In this document: piece after piece, positions 9,845-18,393 of the stretch | Layout: each line of letters begins with the position of its first letter | How positions within the stretch are numbered: the first letter of the stretch is position 1 | NCBI RefSeq assembly: GCF_018977255.1 | Contig: NW_024705427.1 | Location: 1 to 45,562, forward strand | Origin: Callorhinchus milii | Taxonomy: Eukaryota | Direction: 5' to 3' | Length of the DNA stretch: 45,562 nt | Program-made: the position numbers and the translations under genes | The notes under the pieces: generated by a model | What the model saw: only the letters and a program-made list of their open reading frames with translations | Database searches by the model: none | Told to the model about the DNA's origin: nothing

Positions 9845-11927
9845 CTGCAGATGTAGATGCCACTGGTTCTTCACGTTCCGCAGATGTAGATGCCACTGGT
9901 TCTTCACGTTCTGCAGATGCCACTGGTTCTTCACGTTCTGCAGATGTAGATGCCACTGGTTCTTCACGTTCTGCAGATGCCACTGGTTCTTCACGTTCTG
10001 TAGATGTAGATGCCACTGGTTCTTCACGTTCTGTAGATGTAGATGCCACTGGTTCTTACGCGTTCTGCAGATGTAGATGCCACTGGTTCTTCACGTTCTG
10101 CAGATGTAGATACCACTGGTTCTTCACGTTCTGCAGATGCCACTGGTTCTTCACGTTCTGCAGATGTAGATGCCACTGGTTCTTCACGTTCTGCAGATGT
10201 AGATGCCACTGGTTCTTCACGTTCTGCAGATGTAGATGCCACTGGTTCTTCACGTTCTGCAGATGTAGATGCCACTGGTTTCACGTTCTGTAGTGTAGAT
10301 GCCACTGGTTCTTCGCGTTCTGCAGATGTAGATGCCACTGGTTCTTCACGTTCCGCAGATGTAGATGCCACTGGTTCTTCACGTTCTGTAGATGCCACTG
10401 GTTCTTCAGTTCTGCAGATGTAGATACCACTGGTTCTTCACGTTCTGCAATGTAGATGCCACTGGTTCTTCACGTTCTGCAGATGTAGATGCCACTGGTT
10501 CTTCACGTTCTGCATGTAGATGCCACTGGTTCTTCACGTTCTGCAGATGTAGATGCCACTGGTTCTTCACGTTCTGCAGATGTAGATGCCACTGGTTCTT
10601 CACGTTCTGCAGATGTAGATGCCACTGGTTCTTCACGTTCTGCAGATGTAGATGCCACTGGTTCTTCACGTTCTGCAGATGTAGATGCCACTGGTTCTTC
10701 ACGTTCTGCAGATGTAGATGCCACTGGTTCTTCACGTTCTGCAGATGTAGATGCCACTGGTTCTTCACGTTCTGCAGATGTAGATGCCACTGGTTCTTCA
10801 CGTTCTGCAGATGTAGATGCCACTGGTTCTTCACGTTCTGCAGATGTAGATGCCACTGGTTCTTCACGTTCTGCAGATGTAGATGCCACTGGTTCTTCAC
10901 GTTCTGCAGATGTAGATGCCACTGGTTCTTCACGTTCTGCAGATGTAGATGCCACTGGTTCTTCACGTTCTGCAGATGTAGATGCCACTGGTTCTTCACG
11001 TTCTGCAGATGTAGATGCCACTGGTTCTTCACGTTCTGCAGATGTAGATGCCACTGGTTCTTCACGTTCTGCAGATGTAGATGCCACTGGTTCTTCATGT
11101 TCTGCAGATGTAGATGCCACTGGTTCTTCACGTTCTGCAGATGTAGATGCCACTGGTTCTTCATGTTCTGCAGATGTAGATGCCACTGGTTCTTCACGTT
11201 CTGCAGATGTAGATGCCACTGGTTCTTCACGTTCTGCAGATGTAGATGCCACTGGTTCTTCACGTTCTGCAGATGTAGATGCCACTGGTTCTTCACGTTC
11301 TGCAGATGTAGATGCCACTGGTTCTTCACGTTCTGCCGATGTAGATGCCACTGGTTCTTCACGTTCTGCAGATGTAGATGCCACTGGTTCTTCACGTTCC
11401 GCAGATGTAGATGCCACTGGTTCTTCACGTTCTGCAGATGCCACTGGTTCTTCACGTTCTGTAGATGTAGATGCCACTGGTTCTTCACGTTCTGCAGATG
11501 TAGATGCCACTGGTTCTTCACGTTCTGCAGATGTAGATGCCACTGGTTCTTCACGTTCTGCAGATGTACGGTTCTTCACGTTCTGTAGATGCCACTGGTT
11601 CTTCACGTTCTGTAGATGTAGATGCCACTGGTTCTTCACGTTCTGCAGTGTAGATGCCACTGGTTCTTCGCGTTCTACAGATGTAGATGCACTGGTTCTT
11701 CACATTCCGCAGATGTAGATGCCACTGGTTCTTCACGTTCCGCAGATGTAGATGCCACTGGTTCTTCAGGTTCCGCAGATGTAGATGCCAACACCACCGC
11801 CATCTATTGCGTGTGGTGGTTGAACTTACCGCTCTCAGTCCGAGCAGGCAACTGGACGTACGGGACCAGGTAGTTCGTTTGCTCTGAAAGTCCCCAAGTC
11901 GAACGTTCGTACGTGGGGGTCCCCGTG
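9845..11927 (-). mobile_element. Second, inverted, older Tigger-like MITE with a degenerate 33/27-bp array, lacking its right end
   Basis: 11790-11927 is a diverged reverse complement of 6580-6710. The array at 9845-11790 has 27-bp deletion units and point variants. No counterpart of 8571-8720 is seen. Confidence 0.8.
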
Positions 11928-11944
11928 TTACGGACACCCTGCCA

Positions 11945-12213
11945 CATCAATCTCTCTACTCACCACACATCTCTCTCTCTCTGCCTCACCACTCATCTCT
12001 CTCTCTCACCACTCATCTCTCTCTCTCACCACTCATCTCTCTCTCCACTCACCACACATCTCTCTCTCTCACCACACATCTCTCTCTCTGCCTCACCACT
12101 CACCACTCTCTCTCTACTCACCACACATCTCTCTCTCTCTGCCTCACCACACATCTCTCTCTCACGCCTCACCACACATCCTCTGCCTCACCACACATCT
12201 CTCTCTCTCTCTA
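11945..12213. repeat. CT/CAC-rich simple repeat (CACCACACATCTCTCTCT)n in the CDK intron
   Basis: Directly visible. Confidence 0.8.
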
Positions 12214-12218
12214 CTCAC

Positions 12219-12393
12219 CGCCGGGGTGGGAGCCGTGCTCGCGCTGTCCAAGAGGAAGCGTCTGAACCCCCAGCCGGCGATCTTGACGCGCGCCCCGAGG
12301 CCGCACCAGGACGCTGCGTGGCGTGAGCTCGCCGTGCTCCAGGCCGTGGCCGTGCAGGTAGCGCAGCCCACACAGCAGCTGGCGCGTCACCGC
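12219..12393 (-). pseudogene. CDK6: CDK4/6-like third coding exon (subdomains VIa-VII) with dead catalytic motifs and one frameshift
   Basis: cccag|AVTRQLLCGLRYLHGHGLEHGELTPRSVLV / ARVKIAGWGFRRFLLDSASTAPTPA|gtgagt versus CDK6 DMMFQLLRGLDFLHSHRVVHRDLKPQNILV..IKLADFGLARI..ALTSV. CDK4 versus CDK6 orthology is unresolved. Confidence 0.75.
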
Positions 12394-12431
12394 CTGGGCA
12401 CAGAGACTCATAGAGACTCATAGAGACACAC

Positions 12432-12479
12432 GTGGTCGTGCAGGTAGTGCAGCCCACGCAGCAGCTGGCGCGTCACCTC
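12432..12479 (-). pseudogene. 48-bp tandem duplicate of the 5' part of the CDK4/6-like exon, with its own acceptor
   Basis: cccag|EVTRQLLRGLHYLHDH duplicates 12393-12346. Confidence 0.75.
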
Positions 12480-12602
12480 CTGGGCACGGCGCAGCGACAC
12501 GCAAGGAGATACACAGAGACTCATAGAGACACATAGAGACACACAGAGACCCATAGAGATAGGGGGGTAGGGAGTGAGTGACGGGGTGGGGGGTGGTGGC
12601 AC

Positions 12603-12729
12603 CTTGATGTGGTGGGACGGTGTGTGGGGCGACGTCCCCAGGTAGGTGGACAGGTCCCGGTCCACGAGCTCAAAGACCACGGCGAGCCGCGCGTCGCCCT
12701 CACCAGGATCCACGCCGAAGTCCAGCAGC
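12603..12729 (-). CDS. CDK6: CDK4/6-like second coding exon (open)
   Basis: gcag|G LLDFGVDPGEGDARLAVVFELVDRDLSTYLGTSPHTPSHHIK|gt versus CDK6 LFDV..KLTLVFEHVDQDLTTYL..TIK. Phases 2 and 0 match. Confidence 0.8.
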
Positions 12730-12767
12730 CTGCACGGCGGCCGGGGGTCGAGGCGGCAACATCCAAG

Positions 12768-13720
12768 TGTCACGTGAGGTTACATCCGGGTCGTTGACGG
12801 ATTAAAACTCTGTGGTAGTAGGTTTTAACCCTTTTAAACTGGTACAAAACTGACAACCTTTATACAAGGCATCATGTTTGCAATAACCACAACACAAGTA
12901 GTCAAAAATGCAAACAAAAAGAAACAACTCTGATGATGATAATAATATGCACTGTTCTTGAAATTGATTGGTCCACACCCGAGACAGCTTTTCTTAGAGC
13001 CTAGTCCCCATTGGTGTTGGACCAGATGACACCAGAAGGCGTACAACTCAAACACAGTGCAATATCAGAGTCTTGAGAGCTCGGGGTGAAGCATTTACAC
13101 TATGAGACATTATTATCATTATCAGAGTTGCTTCTTTTTGTTTGCATTTGTGACTACTTGTGTTGTGGTTATTGCAAACATGATGCCTTGTATAAAGGTG
13201 TCAGTTTTGTACCAGTTTAAAAGGGTAAAAACCTACTACTATATTTTGCCACTGGTAAAGGAGTTCTCATAGTGGATCACAACTCGTTACGGTGATTGGC
13301 TCTGCCGGTCCTGGCCCATAGCCAATGGGGGGAAGCCTAGGGGCGTGGCCCTGACGTCATGGCAAGGTGACAGCTGTAAGGAGATGATTGGCCCTGCTGG
13401 CTTTAGCCACAGCCAATGGGGAGACGAGTCAGGGGCGTGGTCCCGGGAGCCTACGATGGAGTCTGGAAGATTCCATAGAGGCTAACCAGGATTGGTGGAA
13501 ACGTACCACGTGACCCGGGTATTAAATAGGAGGGCGACAGACCGGGTAGACAAACGCATTTCAAAAACAGGGGGCGGTCCTCCATCGACGGTGGAGACGG
13601 CGACAACGTAAGGCGAGTTGACACCAAGACACGAAGACCGTGGAGGATTGGAGGACGGAGGCCGACGCGGCGACGATTGCGAGGGATCGCGAGGGGGCGC
13701 CAGGAGGGGTGGGAGAGACA
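12768..13720 (+). mobile_element. LTR-like promoter-rich element filling the CDK intron, interrupted at 12811-13273
   Basis: Begins TGTCACG. Two ~92-bp repeats contain ATTGG/CCAAT and GGGGCGTGG; also TGACGTCA (13352), CACGTG (13507) and TATTAAATA (13520). The 3' end is uncertain. Confidence 0.45.
12811..13273. mobile_element. Second fold-back element (family of 5211-5593)
   Basis: Arms ~12815-12940 and ~13110-13238, shared core GGTCCACACCCGAGACAGC..GGACCAGATGAC, and a tail ending CATAGT. Flanks are GGATTAAAACTC and GGATCACAACTC. Confidence 0.65.
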
Positions 13721-13725
13721 CCCAC

Positions 13726-13943
13726 CTCACCACGTTGGGGTGCTTCAACTTCATGAGCTGCAGCAGATGCTGCAGCTGCCAGGTCTCCCCCTCCCCCTCC
13801 CGGCCCCGGCCTGTCTGCAGGCGCAGGCCCTTGAGCAGCGCCACAAAGCAGCCCTCGTCTCGCAGGTCGAGAGCCTTCAACGCCGTCGCGGCCCCGTAAA
13901 CCCCAGCGCCCAACTCGGCCACCGCCTCGTACTGCTGCTCCAT
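13726..13943 (-). CDS. CDK6: CDK4/6-like first coding exon (N-lobe, open)
   Basis: Strong Kozak GACATGG. MEQQYEAVAELGAGVYG..KALDL..FVALLK.LRLQTG...HPNVVR|gt versus CDK6 QQYECVAEIGEGAYGKVFKARDL..FVALKRVRVQTG...HPNVVR, with the same phase-2 intron. Confidence 0.85.
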
Positions 13944-13968
13944 GTCCGCCGCCCCGAAACGCTTCCAG

Positions 13969-14410
13969 CGCAGACGCCGCCGCTAGCAGCAGCAGCAGCG
14001 ATCACACAGAGACGCAAGAGAGACAGACAGAATCAGAGAGAGAGAGAATTGTCACAGAGGGTCACAGATACAGAGAGAGTCACAGAGAGTCACAGAGAGA
14101 GTCACAGAGATTGTCACCTAGAGGGGAAATGAGCGCAGACGCCGCAGCTAGCAGCAGCAGCGATCACACAGAGGGTCACAGATACAGAGAGAGTCACAGA
14201 GTGTCACAGAGAGTCACAGAGAGAGTCACATAGAGGGGAAATGAGCGCAGACGCCGCCGGTCACGTGGATGTCCTCTGCTGCCAGAAGTCCGCCCGCCAC
14301 CGCCGCTAGCAGCAGCAGCAGCGATCACACAGAGACGCAAGAGAGACAGAGAGAAGCAGAGAGTCGCAGAGAGAGACAGAGAGAATTGTCACAGAGGGTC
14401 ACAGATACAC
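13969..14410. repeat. (CACAGAGA/GA)-rich low-complexity region with local duplications of the acceptor-proximal sequence
   Basis: GCTAGCAGCAGCAGCGATCACACAGAG occurs three times (~13982, ~14147, ~14304). Confidence 0.75.
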
Positions 14411-14527
14411 ATCGAGGGTAAATGCACCTTTACATCAGCCGCACCTAGTTTACACAACAAAGGCTCATTCCTAACAGCGTGCTTCAGCCGCACCGAACCT
14501 CACAACAATAATATTCAGGGCCTACCT

Positions 14528-14760
14528 TGGCTCCTCCCTCCCTCAACCAGTATATATATACAAGGACTGTGTTCTTGGAATTTCTCTCACTTGATGCAGC
14601 TGTCGTGGCTGTGACGGTTCCACCTGAAGACTGAAGCTTGTGTTGCCTCCGAAACGTTATTTTATTTTACTTTTGTTAATTAAATTTTTTTACCTACATG
14701 ACTTTACCGAAAAAACCTAAGAATATGAATCCTTGCAGTCACGAAAGCTTCAAATCTAAA
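14528..14760 (+). mobile_element. Penelope-like pLTR (uninterrupted copy) with degenerate hammerhead motif at 14621-14659
   Basis: Colinear with 5172-5210 plus 5606-5810. Contains CACCTGAAGA..GAAACGTT. Confidence 0.6.
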
Positions 14761-14764
14761 ATTA

Positions 14765-15939
14765 AATGGGCGAGGTTAATGACTGTGGCTCATGCACCTG
14801 CAATGGCTGCTTTGGGTACACAGTTCAGACCTCCCCAGAGACCCTGGCTGACAGAGGAGGTGTTCAGGCTGGCTGAGAAAAATCAACAGGCCCACTCTCA
14901 TAGTCTACAGCATCCCACGTCAGAGAATGAGGCTGACCGCAGCCTTTGCTCGGAGGTTCTGAGAGCCGTGAGGCGCTGCAATGATGGGTGGTGGTCGCAG
15001 GTTTCTGAGGAGATGGAATCTGCCTCAGTAGCCCGTGATCAGACATCGCTGTTTAATTCCATCAAAAACGTAATTTGTAGTGCCACACCTATCACCATCA
15101 TTCGGGGAAAGAATGGTGATCCAATCTCTGATCCCCAGGAACAGGTTTGCAGATTTGCTGAGCATTTCTGTGAGGTCCTGGGGGAGGGGAAATCCCTCAG
15201 CCAGGAAAACATCATGGCACAAAGTGGGGATGACACTGCTGAGGCTGCGGTGCCTCAAATATTGGAAGCAGTCACCCCCTGTGAGTGACTGGCTGAGGTG
15301 CCATCTGTTGAGGAAGTCCTGAAGGAGATCCAGAGTCGAGACCAGGAAAGGCACCAGGCAGAGATGATCACCCAAGGGAAATTCTAGACAGACCAGCCTA
15401 AACATTTAGGCTGGCCTGTCTATGATCCATCTTAACCGGTTAGAAACATTTAGGCTGGCCTGTCTACGATCCATCCTCGGATAACCAGGCTGGATTGTGT
15501 GTGGAGCTCACAAATCCTTGAAAGATCTGGACAAAGTCCTATTGGTGAGCTCCTCCGGCAGGCAAGGCTGCGTTGGCTGGGTCATGTAACCCGCATGCCC
15601 AGCCACCGCATGCCTAAACAGATTTCGTTCGGCCCGTTTTTTTTGGTTTGCCATGTTTGTTGATGTACAGAGTTAGACTGATGGCCTTAATCTAAGTTGT
15701 CTTGTGGTTGTTGTTGTTTGACTTGCATCCCACTGGGATTTTTGCACATGGCGTTGGTGTAACGGTACTTTTTCTGCAATATTTTGGTCTTTTCTAAGAT
15801 TTTCTGTTTGCACTTAGTCACATATTCACTTTAAGATGTTTTCTTGTTCATGTTTTTGTTTTTTGTTTGTTGCGGTTGCACCAGATTCAAGAGCCGAATG
15901 GCTCACAGGGCTATACGTAATACATGAACTTGAACTTGA
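14765..15939 (+). mobile_element. Internally deleted RTE-clade LINE
   Basis: IRGKNGDPISDPQEQVCRFAEHFCEVL (pre-RT linker) and ELLRQARLRWLGHVTRMPSHRMPKQISFG at 15541-15633 (RTE C-terminus). The RT core is missing. Tail (TGAACT)n. Confidence 0.7.
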
Positions 15940-15943
15940 TAGA

Positions 15944-16675
15944 GGGGCGTCATGGTTGGGATCGAACCCACGACCTTCTGTAGACCAGGCGAGGTAGTTA
16001 ACATCTCTACAGGGTCGCGATCGAACTCACGACCTCCTGTAGACCAGGCGAGGTAGTCAACATCTCTACAGGGACATGATGGAACCCACGACCTCCTGTA
16101 GACCAGGCGAGGTAGTCAATATCTCTACAGGGTCGCGATCGAACTCACGACCTCCTGTGGACCAGGCGAAGTAGTTAACATCTCTACAGGGGCATGATCG
16201 AACCCACGACCTCCTGTAGACCAGGCGAGGTAGTTAACATCTCTACAGGGTCATGATCGAACCCACGACCTCCTGTGGACCAGGCGAGGTAGTCAATATC
16301 TCTACAGGGTCGCGATCGAACTCACGACCTCCTGTGGACCAGGCGAGGGAGTTAACATCTCTACAGGGTCATGATCGAACCCACGACCTCCTGTAGACCA
16401 GGCGAGGTAGTTAACATCTCTACAGGGTCATGATCGAACCCACGACCTCCTGTGGACCAGGCGAAGTAGTTAACATCTCTACAGGGTCGCGATCGAACCC
16501 ACGACCTCCTGTAGACCAGGCGAGGTAGTTAACATCTCTACAGGGGCATGATCGAACCCACGACCTCCTGTAGACCAGGCGAGGTAGTCAACATCTCTAC
16601 AGGGTCGCGATCGAACCCACGACCTCCTGTAGACCAGGCGAGGTTAGTAACATCCACCTAGTCACCGTGACGCCC
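15944..16675 (-). repeat. 12 x 59-bp tandem array amplified inside a V-SINE tRNA-like head
   Basis: ATCGAAC-like B-box complement recurs every 59 bp from 15961 to 16610. The outer ends GGGCGTCA and TGACGCCC are complementary. Confidence 0.85.
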
Positions 16676-16885
16676 ACGGATTCTGATTAAATTATCTCGA
16701 CTTAGATATTTACATGAATGTTACATTCCACGGGCGGATTGAACAACACAGTTTAGACCCCTCAACTGTTCCACAAAGACCACAGGGGATGGTGGTGGGG
16801 GGGTATCAGCCCAGCCCAATCCCAGCCCAGCCCAATCCCAGCCCAATCAGGCGGGGCAATGTGGCCTAGGGCTGCACTCACTCAC

Positions 16886-17190
16886 CTCGTGGTTCGCTCC
16901 GTAGACGTCTGTGTGGGTGGTGGGGGGTCTTGAGCTCTCTACTCCGTCGTGGCGAGGAGGTGACACACGAAGCTATTGACTCGTGTGGTGGTGGTGGAGG
17001 TGGTGGAGGAGGTGGTGGTGGAGGAGGAGTTCTGACGTTTCGCGCCGCTACCACAACAAGGGCGGGAGACGGTCCGCTGGTGGGAACGCGTGGCTTTAGC
17101 AGGGCGCGTTTAGAAAACGTAGCGCGGATAGGCGACCGCGTGGCAGCGGGGCTACATTCCGTAGAGCTGATAAGCGCCCGCCCATAGACT
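16886..17190 (-). promoter_or_regulatory. Candidate CpG-rich promoter and non-coding first exon of the CDK4/6-like gene
   Basis: Consensus donor GAG|GTGAGT at 16886/16885, E2F consensus TTTCGCGC at 17038-17045, CpG-dense 17035-17185. Confidence 0.4.
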
Positions 17191-17224
17191 CAACACTGGC
17201 CACAGTTCAGTATGTGCAACAGTG

Positions 17225-17530
17225 GATTTGAAGTTTTCGTGATTACTTCTTTCGGTAAAGTCACGTGGGTGAAAATTTAAAATATAAAATAGAAATAAGC
17301 AAAGAGTCTATGCGCATACTCTGTTTTTTTTGGTAAAGTCACGGAGGTGAAAAAATTAAAATTAAAAAAAATTTAATCGCGACGTTTCGGGCAACACAAG
17401 CTTCCGAAAAAGTCGTGATTTAATTTTCTTTTATTTTTAAATTTTTAATATTTTATTACTTCCCTTCCACGTGACTTGCCCAAAAGAACCAAGAAGATGA
17501 GTCCCTGCAGTCACGAAAGCTTTAAATCGA
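17225..17530. mobile_element. Inverted pair of Penelope-like pLTR 3' halves
   Basis: ATCGCGACGTTTCGG..CCGAAAAAGTCGTGAT axis at ~17376-17419. Both arms resemble 5686-5810. Confidence 0.6.
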
Positions 17531-17660
17531 AAAATTGAGGCTTTTGTTTGACGGAACATGCAAAACACTTTAAATTCGCAGCTACAAAAACTCTTGCCCA
17601 GTACGTCACATCAAGATGTCATGTATATCAACATGTAACATATCAAGTGCATTGTATATA

Positions 17661-17732
17661 AGTGTAGTGTATATAGTGTAGTGTGTATAGTGTAGTGTAT
17701 AGTAGTGTATAGTAGTGTATTGTGTAGTAGTG
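17661..17732. repeat. (GTGTATA/GTA)n simple repeat
   Basis: Directly visible. Confidence 0.7.
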
Positions 17733-18393
17733 TTGTCTTACCAACTCTTCTGTATGGGTGCGAAGCCTGGATAGTTTACCAGCGCCATGCCAAGAAATTG
17801 AATCATCTCCACTTGAACTGTCTGAGGAAACTGCTGAGGATCAAGTGGCAAGACAGAATCCCTGACACGGAAGTCCTCAGCAAGGCAAATATCCCCAGCA
17901 TCTACACCTTGCTTGCGAAGGAACAGCTTAGATTGACTGGCCACGTGACCAGAATGCCATACGCGAGACTTCCAAAACAAGTCTTCTTTGGCGAGCTGAA
18001 GAATGGCAAGCGAGCACAAGGTGGTCCCAAAAAGCGCTACAAGGACACCCTTAAAGCTTCCTTGAAGAGCTTTGGATTCGACCTGAAAAGCTGGGAATCC
18101 CTAGCACAGGACCGACCTGCCTGGAGAAGAAAAGTACAGGACGGTGCAGTCCTCTGTGAAAGTAGGAGACGCTCCTGTGCCATCTTAAAGAGGCAGCAGC
18201 GCAAATCTACCAAGGAAGGACGTGTGACTGCACCTCAGAGCTCTACATCCTCCCTGACCTGTCCAGTGTGCCACAGAGAATTCCGGGCTCGGATTGGCAT
18301 CTTCAGCCATCTGCGCACTCATCAAAACCCAACATAATGACAAACGTGCCTTGGTCATCATCAACTTTGATGGACGAACAAGAAAGAAGAAGG
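17733..18393 (+). mobile_element. 5'-truncated RTE (BovB/RTE-1-like) LINE with open ORF C-terminus to 18337
   Basis: VLPTLLYGCEAW...LRKLLRIKWQDRIPDTEVL...GHVTRM..RLPKQVFFGEL..GKRAQGGPKKRYKDTLK...CPVC..FSHLRTH*. Short 3' UTR hairpin CATCAA/TTGATG and (AAG)n tail. Confidence 0.9.

Noticed and set aside
9600..9845. Missing CDK C-lobe or SLC24A5 exon
   Set aside because: By eye, no minus-strand frame shows WYRAPE/DxWS or NCKX transmembrane motifs.
9845..11790. CRISPR-like array or repeat-protein ORFs
   Set aside because: Head-to-tail repeats with no unique spacers, no cas genes, and a eukaryotic context.
2141..12393. Intact in-frame CDK-NCKX5 fusion protein
   Set aside because: As assembled, the splice gives [13 protein letters not shown]. 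With all indels corrected, the phases (0 versus 1) do not match. It is open only if the CDK exon is corrected and the SLC24A5 exons are not.
14698..15288. 196-aa ORF as a host gene
   Set aside because: It starts in a pLTR and reads into a decayed RTE ORF.
15944..16675. CRISPR array or tRNA gene cluster
   Set aside because: Units are contiguous with no spacers. Each lacks acceptor stem and D-arm and matches the V-SINE head.
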